A stretch of DNA of 64,000 nucleotides from Nitrososphaerota archaeon (lineage in GTDB: Archaea > Thermoproteota > Nitrososphaeria_A > Caldarchaeales > JAVZCJ01): contig JAWAZL010000002.1 of the NCBI GenBank assembly GCA_038817485.1, forward strand, positions 70,346 to 134,345, in the 5' to 3' direction. Shown in pieces: positions 1 to 9,625 of this stretch; within the stretch, counting starts at the first letter, position 1; each line of letters begins with the position of its first letter. The notes under the pieces are model-generated. The model was not told the origin of the DNA and made no database searches. It saw nothing but the letters and a program-made list of their open reading frames with translations. A program made the position numbers and the translations under genes.

Positions 1-1003
1 ATCTTTTTAAACCTGCTAATTCTCCACTTTTCTCTCTTCTAAAACTATATTTAGTTAATTCATACAACTTAAGTGGAAGATGTTTATATGAAAGTTGCAA
101 ATCATGTGCAAGGAGGAATTGACCAAAACAAGCACTAAATCTTAAGAAATATTCTTTCTCTCCAGATAATAATATATATTGTCTAGCTGGAAATCTATTT
201 AAATAATTTTCTAAACTTGGATGGTCAAAGGTATACATTATTGGAGTTTCAACTTCTATTCCTCCATACTCTATTACTTTTTGTGTTACATATTGTTCAA
301 TAAGAGATTTTATTAATCTTCCTTTTGGTAACCAACGCATATTTCCAATATCGCTAGCTGGTTCATAATCAACTAATTCAAGTTTTTTCATTAATGAAAC
401 ATGTGGCGGTGGTTGTGTTATTATTCGAGATTTAGCAACTTCATATTTTGCAAATTTTTCTAAATTCTTATAGTTCGAAAAATCAAATTTTTCTAAGGGA
501 ACGAGATTACCATCTGGAGTTAAAATATACCATAAAGATTTTATTTCTTCCTCTGCTTTTAATGCTTTTGATTCATATAATTCCTTACTTTTTTCTTTTT
601 CTATAATCTTTGATTGTTCAGCTAAAGGATGTCCTTTTATTGAGATACTAAATTTTTTACACCATCCAAATGGTGCTCTATAAACTTCTATTCCTAATTT
701 TTTAGCATAGTTTTCCATTTCTTTAATTATCTCTAATGCTTTTGATGGAGTTGCTAGATTATTACTAAGATGAGCATAAGGATATATTAGGATCCTATTT
801 ACTTTAATTACTTCTAAACTTGATTTTACTTCTTCTATAGCTTTTCTTGCTATTTCTACATTATCATTTTTTTCAATAGATGTAAAAAGAACAACGATTT
901 CTTCAAAACGCTTTACTTTTTCCTCAAAAGGTTCAGCTAATTCTACCTCTTTTTCTATTAATTCATATTCAATAAAATTCGAATGAAGCTGAAGTATTCG
1001 CAT
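1..1003 (-). CDS. thrS: Threonyl-tRNA synthetase, N-terminal part (3' end runs off the window)
   Basis: Absent from the ORF track because it is truncated. Reverse translation from ATG 1003-1001 gives MRILQLHSNFIEYELIEKEV...HVSLMKKLELVDYEPASDIGNMRWLPKGRLI...RFSACFGQFLLAH. This is an archaeal ThrRS editing domain followed by the start of the class II core. Confidence 0.8.
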   Translation of the reverse strand, partial: MRILQLHSNFIEYELIEKEVELAEPFEEKVKRFEEIVVLFTSIEKNDNVEIARKAIEEVKSSLEVIKVNRILIYPYAHLSNNLATPSKALEIIKEMENYAKKLGIEVYRAPFGWCKKFSISIKGHPLAEQSKIIEKEKSKELYESKALKAEEEIKSLWYILTPDGNLVPLEKFDFSNYKNLEKFAKYEVAKSRIITQPPPHVSLMKKLELVDYEPASDIGNMRWLPKGRLIKSLIEQYVTQKVIEYGGIEVETPIMYTFDHPSLENYLNRFPARQYILLSGEKEYFLRFSACFGQFLLAHDLQLSYKHLPLKLYELTKYSFRREKSGELAGLKR

Positions 1004-1083
1004 TTCTCTCGCCTTTTTAGATTTAAAAATATTCTTGTAAACCTTTATTTAACTACTTTTTTATATAAATTTTATAATTAGGT

Positions 1084-1293
1084 TTATGGTTTATACCTCC
1101 ATTTTTCTATTTTCTCCTTATTTTTAATTTTTTTCTTATATTCTTTATAGTGCTTCTCACAAAGATATACTCTTCTATGATTTGATGAAATTTGGAAACC
1201 TCCTGAAACAACTTTAGATGTTGATAAAGATTTTATAGCTCTTTCAGTGCACCCCAATACAGAACAATTAATTCCTTTTGATATTTTACCCAT
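1084..1293 (-). CDS. Small Cys/His-containing basic protein, function unknown
   Basis: 69 aa ORF with CSVLGC...CEKH spacing and a Lys-rich tail. No family recognised. Confidence 0.35.
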   Translation of the reverse strand: MGKISKGINCSVLGCTERAIKSLSTSKVVSGGFQISSNHRRVYLCEKHYKEYKKKIKNKEKIEKWRYKP

Positions 1294-1361
1294 CGTTCTT
1301 CATGAGAAATCTTATTTTCTTCCTTTTATATATTCTTTTTGTTATAAAAGTTGATGAAAAA

Positions 1362-1952
1362 ATGATAACTCGTATTCGTTTTCTTTTTGAAAAAATTTTT
1401 AATAAAATAATTAAAGAAATAAGTTCAAGAAATATTTCTCCTATGTTTTTTAGCTTTTTAGGATTATTCTTCTCTTTCTTTTCTGCCTTTTTTTATATTA
1501 TTGCTTTAAATGGAATTTTTTATCTTTTTTTAGCTACATTTTTTTTATTATTGTCTGGTTTTTTTGATGCTATTGATGGAGCTGTAGCTAGAACTTCTGG
1601 AAAAGTAACTTTATTTGGTGCGTATATAGATTCTGTATTGGATCGCTATGTAGACATTATTATAGGTATTAGTTTCATTATAGGAAAGCTTTGCAGCTTT
1701 TTTTGGGGCTTTCTTTATATAATTGGAGCATTAATGGTTTCCTACACAAGAGCTAGAGCTGAAAGTATAGGTATAAATCTTAGTGGAATAGGCTTTGCTG
1801 AAAGGGGTGAAAGAATAATCTTTTTAATACTTCTTTCTTTAATAACAGCTATAGATTATGGTCTTTTTGAATATGGTATTATTCTTCTATCCTTTTTATG
1901 TCATTTTACAGCGATTCAACGTACGATACATGTTTTTCTAAAAACCAAATAA
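1362..1952 (+). CDS. CDP-alcohol phosphatidyltransferase (archaetidylinositol-phosphate or archaetidylserine synthase-like)
   Basis: Signature DAIDGAVARTSGKVTLFGAYIDSVLDRYVD (DGx2ARx8Gx3Dx3D) plus several TM segments. I use the internal ATG at 1362, which avoids overlap with the upstream minus-strand ORF. Confidence 0.75.
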   Translation: MITRIRFLFEKIFNKIIKEISSRNISPMFFSFLGLFFSFFSAFFYIIALNGIFYLFLATFFLLLSGFFDAIDGAVARTSGKVTLFGAYIDSVLDRYVDIIIGISFIIGKLCSFFWGFLYIIGALMVSYTRARAESIGINLSGIGFAERGERIIFLILLSLITAIDYGLFEYGIILLSFLCHFTAIQRTIHVFLKTK

Positions 1953-2072
1953 TATAAAAAATTATAAAATTATTAAAACATTTATTTTTTAAAAAAAAGG
2001 AGCAAGAGTAGCAAGAATTTTCATCAAAACCTTAAAAATAAGCAAAAATACGTTTTGATAGAGAGGAAGGGT

Positions 2073-2357
2073 ATGCCTGTAAAAAGGAAAAGTAGAGGAA
2101 GGTCAAAAGGAGGCAAAGGAAGGAGTGAAGTAATTCATTGCGATAACTGTAAAGCATTGGTACCTAGAGATAAAGCAATTAAAGTAACCAGACCCTACTC
2201 AATAGTTAGTGGTGACTTAGCTAGAGAACTTAAGCAAAAAGGTGCTTATATCGCTCAAACAATGGTAACTAGATATCTTTGCGTATCATGTGCAATTCAT
2301 TTTGGTATCGTTAAAGTAAGAGCGAAAGAGGAAAGAAAACCAAAATTAGTTTTATAA
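2073..2357 (+). CDS. rps26e: Ribosomal protein eS26
   Basis: MPVKRKSRGRSKGGKGRSEVIHCDNCKALVPRDKAIK...YLCVSCAIH matches the eS26 zinc-binding pattern. GAGGAAGG lies upstream of ATG 2073. Confidence 0.85.
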   Translation: MPVKRKSRGRSKGGKGRSEVIHCDNCKALVPRDKAIKVTRPYSIVSGDLARELKQKGAYIAQTMVTRYLCVSCAIHFGIVKVRAKEERKPKLVL

Positions 2358-2419
2358 AAGAATTAAAAATTATTAATGAAGTAATTTTTCAAAAAATTAT
2401 ATAAGAGAAGGAAGGTTAA

Positions 2420-3853
2420 ATGAGTATCTCTTCTGAAAAAAAAGTTTTAAATTTTACAGAGTGGTTTGATAAAATATTAGAAGAAGCAAAGATAGTTGAT
2501 AATAGATACCCTGTAAAAGGTTTTTTAGTATATAGAGAGTATGGTTATAAAATTATTGAGAATATAAGATTATTGCTTGAAAGGAAGCTTGAAGAAACTA
2601 ATCATAAGGCTATGCTCTTTCCAATAGTTATTTCAGAAGATTCCTTCTCTAAAGAAGCTGAACATATTGCTCATTTTAAAGAAGAAGTTTTTTGGATTGA
2701 AAAAGCAGGCAATAAAAAGCTTGATAGAATGCTTATCTTAAGACCAACATCTGAAACTGCAATATATCCAATGCTTCAATTATGGATACGTTCTCATGTA
2801 GATCTTCCATTTAAAATGCATCAAAGTGTAACGGTATATCGTTATGAAACAAAAGCTACTAGGTCTCTTTTTAGAGTAAGAGAAATACTATGGAATGAAG
2901 CACATACTGCACATGCAACACCAGAGGATGCTGAAAAACAAGTAGAAGAAGCTATAAAAATATATTCAGAAGTTTTTAATGAATTAGGAATAGCTTATCT
3001 CCTTTTAAAAAGACCAGAATTTGATAAATTTGCAGGAGCTGTTTACTCTATAGCATTTGATGCTTGGAATCCGGATGGAAAAGTTAATCAAGTAGGTACA
3101 GTTCATAATCTTGGAACAAATTTTTCGAAAGTATTCGATGTAAAATATGAGAAAAAAGATGGTACTTGGGATTATGTTTATACAACTTGTTATGGCTTTG
3201 GTTTCTCTAGAACTCTTGCAGCAGTGATTGCACAACATGGAGATGATCATGGATGTGTTTTTCCATCGAAAATTGCTCCAATTCAATTAGTAATAATTCC
3301 AATTCCATATAAAGGATTTGAAAATGATATTGAGAATTATTGTATAGAAATATTTAATAAATTAAAAGATGATTATAGAGTAACAATTGATAATAGAAAA
3401 GATGTTAGACCTGGTGAAAAATTTTATTATTGGGAACTTTTAGGCGTTCCCATTAGAATTGAAATAGGCCCCTCAGAAGTTAAAGAAAAAACTGTAACTC
3501 TTGTTAGGAGAGATAATTTAAATAGGAAAAATGTATCGATAGAAAATTTACAATATGAAATAAACTCTTTACTTAATGATTTAGATAACAATCTAAGGTC
3601 AAAAAGTAAAAAAATCCTTGAAAATTTAATAGAAAATTGTTTTAATGTAAAAGATGTAAAAAAAGCTCTTTCTCAAAAGAAAATAGCTAGAGTTGAATGG
3701 TGTGGTAGTGGAAAATGTGCTGAAATTTTAAAAAATGAAGCAGGTGGTGAAATTCGAGGAACGAGAGTAGACATAATAGAAAAAGCTAACGGAAGATGCT
3801 TAGTTTGTGGTAAAGAATCAAAAGAAATCGTTTATGTTGCAAGAGCATATTGA
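2420..3853 (+). CDS. proS: Prolyl-tRNA synthetase, archaeal/eukaryal type
   Basis: 477 aa with class IIa motifs (LRPTSET, YRYE, FRVREILWNEAHT) and a C-terminal zinc-binding tail ending ARAY. Confidence 0.9.
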   Translation: MSISSEKKVLNFTEWFDKILEEAKIVDNRYPVKGFLVYREYGYKIIENIRLLLERKLEETNHKAMLFPIVISEDSFSKEAEHIAHFKEEVFWIEKAGNKKLDRMLILRPTSETAIYPMLQLWIRSHVDLPFKMHQSVTVYRYETKATRSLFRVREILWNEAHTAHATPEDAEKQVEEAIKIYSEVFNELGIAYLLLKRPEFDKFAGAVYSIAFDAWNPDGKVNQVGTVHNLGTNFSKVFDVKYEKKDGTWDYVYTTCYGFGFSRTLAAVIAQHGDDHGCVFPSKIAPIQLVIIPIPYKGFENDIENYCIEIFNKLKDDYRVTIDNRKDVRPGEKFYYWELLGVPIRIEIGPSEVKEKTVTLVRRDNLNRKNVSIENLQYEINSLLNDLDNNLRSKSKKILENLIENCFNVKDVKKALSQKKIARVEWCGSGKCAEILKNEAGGEIRGTRVDIIEKANGRCLVCGKESKEIVYVARAY

Positions 3854-3869
3854 ATAATAAAAATTAAAT

Positions 3870-4112
3870 TTAAAATTCAACATATTTACAATGAACTATT
3901 CCCTTAATTCTTCTTACGAAATATTTACATAAATAGCATTCAATAAAGCTTTTTTGCTTATTATCTTTTATACATATAATCGCTTCTTTACGCATGTTAT
4001 TTATCATTTTTTTACTAAGACCGATTTTTGCTTCCTCAATTAAATCTTTTGAAATTTTTAATGGTTTTTCAAGTTTTATTACTTTTACTTCTTTTACTCC
4101 ATCAAAATTCAT
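3870..4112 (-). CDS. Hypothetical small protein
   Basis: 80 aa ORF with no recognisable motif. The Cys cluster near the C-terminus is weak evidence only. Confidence 0.3.
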   Translation of the reverse strand: MNFDGVKEVKVIKLEKPLKISKDLIEEAKIGLSKKMINNMRKEAIICIKDNKQKSFIECYLCKYFVRRIKGIVHCKYVEF

Positions 4113-4178
4113 TATCTATAAAACAGTAAAAAATACTATATATTATTTTCCATGCGTAATAAAATTTATTTATAGATT

Positions 4179-5441
4179 TTAAAAATCTTCCAATGTTTTT
4201 TGTTCGCTCTTTATTTTATATTCTTCATTTTCTTTTTCATAAAAAATTGGCTGACCATAACATCCATCGTACCCTGGAATATATTTAATTTTTCTCTCTC
4301 TAACTTTAATTATCGCATTAGCAATTTTTTCATCTGTAACTTTCAATAACTCTTCCTTCGGTACATTAAGTAAAATATTCAACTCATTTCCAAATTTTCC
4401 TATTAATTTATCATGTTCTTGCATAACTTTTCTTGAATAAAGTTCTCCAGTTCCCCATGAAAAAGAAATTATTTCATATAATGGTAATAGAGTTTTAAAT
4501 GGTATAGCGGTTTCTGGAATAAAACCCTCCGGCCTATCAGCTAATTCTTCAACTCTATGCAATACGCCTATTGTTAATTTCCTTCCACATTTTGGACATA
4601 TATTGCCATTTTTAATAGCTTCTTTGGGATGTAACCTTACTCCACAATTGCGATGCCCATCATAATGATATTTTCCATAATTTGGGTCAACTTCTATCGT
4701 ATATAAGAATTTTTCTTTATCTTTATTTTTAATTACTTCAAAAATTTCCCAATATGTTATCTTTTTTAAATCAAACACATTTGCTTCTCTTCCTAAGCGC
4801 CATGGATGGGGAGAGTGGCTATCGCTATTTGAAATAAGAGTAAATTTATCAAGTGAGGATACTCTCCAATTCATATCTGGTGAACTACTAAGCCCGGTTT
4901 CTAAAGCAAAAACATGTTTTATTTGATCTTGATAACATTCTTCTACAGAATTAAAGCCTGATTTACTTCCCAAGCAAGACATCCAAGGCGTCCATGCATG
5001 TGCAGGATAAATTAAAATATCATCGCTTATATTAATAAGAATTTCTACAAGCTCTGGTGCACTTAGATTAAGTATGGGTCTTCCATCAACTTCTAAATCT
5101 CCATATTTTGATAATTCATCATTTATTTGTTCAACAATATCAAAAGATGGTGCATGGATAACGTGATGTACTCTTTTAATTTTATTTTCAAATTTAAAAT
5201 AAGTTGCTACTTCTGTAGTTAAAGTAAATAAAACATTATTATACTTAAATAGTCCTGTGCCTTCAATAGGTTCTAATTTTTTCTTTAATTCATTTAACCA
5301 TTTACTATAAGTAAAATCTGAAGTACCTACAAGATTTAATCCTTTTATTTTTACTCCTTGCGTTATCCCCTCTAAATTCATTTGTTTACTTGTAGCACGA
5401 CTATAAAAGGAATGTAAATGAAAATCGCAAATTAATTTCAT
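4179..5441 (-). CDS. PHP-domain nuclease resembling endonuclease Q
   Basis: N-terminal DFHLHSFYS PHP metal motif, about 420 aa, and an internal CPKCGRKLTIGVLHRVEELAD zinc-finger segment as in EndoQ. Assigned from memory of the family, not from a search. Confidence 0.6.
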   Translation of the reverse strand: MKLICDFHLHSFYSRATSKQMNLEGITQGVKIKGLNLVGTSDFTYSKWLNELKKKLEPIEGTGLFKYNNVLFTLTTEVATYFKFENKIKRVHHVIHAPSFDIVEQINDELSKYGDLEVDGRPILNLSAPELVEILINISDDILIYPAHAWTPWMSCLGSKSGFNSVEECYQDQIKHVFALETGLSSSPDMNWRVSSLDKFTLISNSDSHSPHPWRLGREANVFDLKKITYWEIFEVIKNKDKEKFLYTIEVDPNYGKYHYDGHRNCGVRLHPKEAIKNGNICPKCGRKLTIGVLHRVEELADRPEGFIPETAIPFKTLLPLYEIISFSWGTGELYSRKVMQEHDKLIGKFGNELNILLNVPKEELLKVTDEKIANAIIKVRERKIKYIPGYDGCYGQPIFYEKENEEYKIKSEQKTLEDF

Positions 5442-5552
5442 TTTTTTCTCCTATATATACCAATATCTTCTAAATATACTTTTATTTATAATGTTATTTT
5501 TAATTCGAAAGTTATTAAAGTAAAGAACTGAAATATTTAAGAAGAGTTAACA

Positions 5553-7355
5553 TCATTCCTCTTTTATGGTATATTCCTCCGGCGTAACATAATAATATTC
5601 TCCTATGGATTTTTGATATTTATCTATTTGAGAATTAAGTTTATTAGCTCTTGGTCTTAAGGTTGAAGGATCTCTACGAAAAGTTACTCCTATTTCTTTT
5701 AAAAAATTATTCATACCATCTCTTAATGATGTTGGGGGATTTGCTATTCCATATACTCCAGGCTCTCCAGAAAATACTATTAATCTTGTTGATACAAAAT
5801 CTATAACCATCAAATCATGATCTACAACAAAGCTATAAGAATTTCTTATACTTGTAATCCTTTTTATAAGCTTTGTTACTGCATACCTTTCTTCTACATC
5901 AAGATATGCGCTAGGTTCATCAAGCAAATATACATCAGCTTTTCTCGAAAGACAAATTGCTATGGAAACTTTTTGAAGCTCTCCTCCACTAAGCTCATTA
6001 ATTTTTTTATCCATTAGCTTTTCTAAATTAAGTTTATCTATTATTTCTGATTGTACTAGAGGAGAATTATATTCTTCTTTTGCAGCTTCTTTTATTGCAT
6101 CACTAACAATAGAATCTATTGCTATTGGATATTGTGGTTTATAACTTATATTTTTTATTGGTAAAGAAATATTTTCATCAGTTTTCTCAATTCCAGCTAA
6201 AATTTTTATTAAAGTTGTTTTTCCAATACCATTTGGCCCTATTAGACCTATTACTTCTCCTCTATAAACTTCTCCGCTTTTAATATTAAGTGAAAAACCT
6301 GGATAAGTTTTCTTCATTTCAGGCCATGCTAATTTCTCCTCTCCTTTAGAGATTGGGAGTGTCGGGGGTTTTATATCAAATGTTATTTTCTCTTTTCTAA
6401 AACGTAGATTCTCGGTTGGTATGTACCCCTCTATAAATATATTTATTCCCTCCCTCACTCCATATGGTCCAGATACAACACCATAAACAGAACCCTCTCC
6501 GTAAAATATAAATACTATATCTGACAAATAGTCCATTACTGCTAAATCATGATCACATACTAATGTTTTCTTATCTAAAGTAAATTCTCTAATAACTTTA
6601 GCAGCATTAAAACGTTGTTTAATATCTAGAAAACTTGAAGGTTCATCTAAAAAGTAAATATTAGCATCTTTAAGTAAACAAGCAGCTATCGCAACTCTTT
6701 GTAACTCTCCTCCGCTTAACATAGAAATTTCTCTATCTAAAATATTTTTTAATTCAAGAGCGTTTATTATAAAACTCATTTTTTCTTCATTATTACTTAT
6801 CTTTTTTAAAATCTCAAAAACTTTTCCTTTTATAATTCGAGGTATATTGCTTATGTATTGCGGTTTATAGGAAACTTTTAATGAATTATTAAACAATTCA
6901 TTAAAATGTTGTTGTATAAGAGTACCTCTAAAAAAATTTGTAATATCTTTTAACTCAATTTTTTTATTGAATTCTCCAAAATTTGGAATGAGTTGTCCAG
7001 CAAGAATATTTATTGCCGTAGATTTTCCAAGAGCATTTTTACCTATACATCCAATTACTTTCCCTTTAACTAAATAAGGAAGTCTATATAACCTAAATGC
7101 ATTTATTCCGTATTGATGTACAAGATCTTTAGTTAATTTATCTGGTAAATTAACAATAGTAATAGCTTTAAACGGACATTTTTTTACGCAAAGTCCACAT
7201 CCAACGCAAAATATTTCTATTATATTTGGATAGGTATTTTCATCAATTTTTATAGTTTCAATTCCAGTTCTATTTTTTGGACAAAATTTTTTACAAGTAT
7301 ATCCACACTTTTTTGGTTGGCATAAATCTTTATCGATAACTGCTATTCGTGGCAA
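5553..7355 (-). CDS. ABCE1: ABCE1 / RNase L inhibitor-type ribosome recycling ATPase
   Basis: N-terminal double 4Fe-4S cluster (CxxCxxC...CP twice), then two ABC cassettes with Walker A (GKNALGKST, GPNGIGKTT) and LSGGELQ signatures. Confidence 0.92.
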   Translation of the reverse strand: MPRIAVIDKDLCQPKKCGYTCKKFCPKNRTGIETIKIDENTYPNIIEIFCVGCGLCVKKCPFKAITIVNLPDKLTKDLVHQYGINAFRLYRLPYLVKGKVIGCIGKNALGKSTAINILAGQLIPNFGEFNKKIELKDITNFFRGTLIQQHFNELFNNSLKVSYKPQYISNIPRIIKGKVFEILKKISNNEEKMSFIINALELKNILDREISMLSGGELQRVAIAACLLKDANIYFLDEPSSFLDIKQRFNAAKVIREFTLDKKTLVCDHDLAVMDYLSDIVFIFYGEGSVYGVVSGPYGVREGINIFIEGYIPTENLRFRKEKITFDIKPPTLPISKGEEKLAWPEMKKTYPGFSLNIKSGEVYRGEVIGLIGPNGIGKTTLIKILAGIEKTDENISLPIKNISYKPQYPIAIDSIVSDAIKEAAKEEYNSPLVQSEIIDKLNLEKLMDKKINELSGGELQKVSIAICLSRKADVYLLDEPSAYLDVEERYAVTKLIKRITSIRNSYSFVVDHDLMVIDFVSTRLIVFSGEPGVYGIANPPTSLRDGMNNFLKEIGVTFRRDPSTLRPRANKLNSQIDKYQKSIGEYYYVTPEEYTIKEE

Positions 7356-7374
7356 ATCAAAATCACCTAAATTT

Positions 7375-7935
7375 TTATCTATATAAATCTGAGGTAGCTA
7401 TTTTTTCTAATATTAAATATTCTTCAGGTTTTAATATTTTGTCTTGAGATATACTATTAATTTCATCCTCCTTTATCTCATATTTTTTTAAAATATCCTT
7501 TATATTATTTTTAGGTACATCATACCATTCAATTAATTTTCCATCTATTTTTTCTAAGATTTTTTCAATGTCTTCTTTCATTTCTTTTAATGAAGGTCCT
7601 ATTAAATACAGTCCTAGATATTCTAAACCGTCTCTTATTCCTATCTTTTTTATAGCATTAGAAATTTGTATTTCAGCAGCTAATTTTAATAATATTTCTA
7701 AAGCCAAATTTTTAGCTATACTTTTTCCAGCTTCAATAGATAAAAGTGCATTTAGGAATGCAACTTCTACTTGAATAGGATTAATTAAAGCTTTAGCATC
7801 AAAAATTTGAAATTGGAAAGAAGTAATTTTCTTAATTTCTTCTAATATTTTCTCAAATTCTTTAATTTTTTTTGTTTTTATAAAAAAAAGTATTAAATAG
7901 TGCTTTCCATATTTCATTATGTGGAAGTAATTCAA
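7375..7935 (-). CDS. cgi121: KEOPS subunit Cgi121-like
   Basis: The size and the central segment ...AFLNALLSIEAGKSIAKNLALEILLKLAAEIQISNAIKKIGIRDG... resemble the CGI-121 family. Confidence 0.5.
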   Translation of the reverse strand: MNYFHIMKYGKHYLILFFIKTKKIKEFEKILEEIKKITSFQFQIFDAKALINPIQVEVAFLNALLSIEAGKSIAKNLALEILLKLAAEIQISNAIKKIGIRDGLEYLGLYLIGPSLKEMKEDIEKILEKIDGKLIEWYDVPKNNIKDILKKYEIKEDEINSISQDKILKPEEYLILEKIATSDLYR

Positions 7936-7941
7936 TTAATT

Positions 7942-8205
7942 TTAACCTCCATGAGATATTGGAATTATTGTTAAAGTATCTTCATCATTTAAAATTAATT
8001 CACTCTCATTTATAATATCAATTGATACTCCATTTTTTAAAAAAATGAATAAAGGCGATAATTTCTTTGTTTCTGTGAAAATTAATTTAGATAATTGAGG
8101 GGCATTATCTAAGATTTCGGTTAACTTCATTGGTTTATTAAGCTTTACTTCAATATACTCTTTATTAAGCTCTTTTTTTAAAAATCCAACAAGAATGATT
8201 TTCAT
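7942..8205 (-). CDS. MoaD/ThiS/SAMP-type ubiquitin-like beta-grasp protein
   Basis: 87 aa ending in ...IIPISHGG, the C-terminal Gly-Gly typical of this fold. Confidence 0.65.
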   Translation of the reverse strand: MKIILVGFLKKELNKEYIEVKLNKPMKLTEILDNAPQLSKLIFTETKKLSPLFIFLKNGVSIDIINESELILNDEDTLTIIPISHGG

Positions 8206-8619
8206 AATATTATCAACTTTTTCAGTAAAGGTGCATGTTCTTCATCGACTATTCTCAGTACAGGTCATATTCATCATTCTACTCAATAATTTTTTATTAT
8301 CTTGTATTTAAGTTTTAAGTTTATTTAATTTTTAAAAAAATTATTAAATTGGAATACTTACCATTAAACTTAATGTTTTGTAGAAAGTTTCTTATATTTC
8401 TATATTAATAATGCTAAAAATTTAACGAATTAATAAATGAATAGCATACTCAATAAATAAGTGCAATGATATGATAATTTTAAGAATAGTAAGTAGGAGG
8501 GAACAAGAAAGATAAAATTAATGCATTGAAAAAGAAAAATGGTTTAAAATAGACTCTTACTTATATTTTTAAGATTTTCATTTTTTTAAAATACTTCAAC
8601 TTATTTTTTATTTTTTTAT

Positions 8620-8874
8620 TTATAAATTCGATATAGAGATGGTTGAAACATTACCCTTTTGTTTCTCAATTTTGCTTTTTTGTTTAGCTAAGGTAGTTAA
8701 ATATCCAGCAACTAAATTTATTATTTTTTTCGGTACTTTTCCCTCTAACACTTTTCTTACTAAAGTCTTATTTTTTTCAAAGTTTTCATTTATTTCTTTA
8801 TCATATTTCTCAAATATTTCCTTAGCTAATCTTTTTACTTTTCCAGTTTTTACTTTTCCCAACCTAAACACCAT
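8620..8874 (-). CDS. rps17e: Ribosomal protein eS17
   Basis: From the internal ATG at 8874: MVFRLGKVKTGKVKRLAKEIFEKYDKEINENFEKNKTLV...KIINLVAGYLTTL matches the eS17 pattern. The longer tracked ORF adds an implausible hydrophobic extension. Confidence 0.8.
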   Translation of the reverse strand: MVFRLGKVKTGKVKRLAKEIFEKYDKEINENFEKNKTLVRKVLEGKVPKKIINLVAGYLTTLAKQKSKIEKQKGNVSTISISNL

Positions 8875-9183
8875 TTTATTCTTAAAAATGGAAAAGTTTA
8901 TTCTTAAATATTTTAAAAATACTTTTGAAACATAGAGTTTATTTACTAAGAAAAGTAATATTTTCATTTTATACAATTAAATTCATAATATTTTTAATCC
9001 TTTCATAATTCTATAAAAAATAAATAAATTTGTTTGAAAATTTAATAAAAGACCTTTAGAAAGCATTTTCTATTTTTTAAAATGAATTTAAAATAAAAAA
9101 GCTTATAAATAAGGAATATAAATTAAGAAAAAGGCATAAATATTATCTTTAAACCATTCTTTATTGTTAAAAGTGGTGTTATT

Positions 9184-9414
9184 ATGTCTGAAAGCGAATT
9201 ATCTTCAGCTCCAATTCATAGAATAATTAAGAAAGCAGGAGCTCCTCGTGTTAGTGAAGATGCTACAGAGGAACTTAAGCGTATATTAGAGGAAGTAGGT
9301 CTTGCACTTGCAAAAGAAGCTTTAGGGCTAGCTCAATATGCAGGTAGAAGAACAGTTAAAAGGGAAGATATCGAAAGAGCTGCAAAAACTCTTTTAAAAG
9401 GAGTTGTAAGCTAA
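9184..9414 (+). CDS. Archaeal histone (HMf-type histone fold)
   Basis: PIHRIIKKAGAPRVSEDATEELKRILEEVGLALAKEALGLAQYAGRRTVKREDIERA is a close match to the HMfB pattern. Confidence 0.9.
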   Translation: MSESELSSAPIHRIIKKAGAPRVSEDATEELKRILEEVGLALAKEALGLAQYAGRRTVKREDIERAAKTLLKGVVS

Positions 9415-9625
9415 AATCCTTTGAATTTTTATTAACCTTAATTCTCTCTAGGCTCTTATATACTAAACCTAAACTATAGCTATATTTATTATGAATCTTT
9501 TAAAATAAGATATTTTTTATAAATTTCAAGAAAATTAAATTATTTAACTTAAGAAAATAGGGAAGATAATTAAAAACTTATATTAGAGTATTCATTCATT
9601 CTACTCTAGAAAATTTGAGTTTGAG

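Noticed and set aside
3005-3286. Antisense or overlapping ORFs inside well-supported genes. Examples: 3005-3286, 3994-4182, 5817-6017, 7568-7774, 8639-8935, 10015-10563, 11062-11256, 11466-11654, 11884-12231, 12746-12964, 14049-14396, 14712-14990, 17173-17394, 19885-20070, 20684-21026, 22458-22721, 37045-37326, 43195-43386, 43434-43622, 45936-46205, 47286-47525, 49003-49191, 50790-51008, 50938-51126, 51496-51913, 56218-56490, 58270-58485, 62132-62392.
   Set aside because: Each overlaps a longer ORF with clear family motifs on the other strand or frame. Their translations are low-complexity and hydrophobic, as expected from AT-rich antisense sequence.
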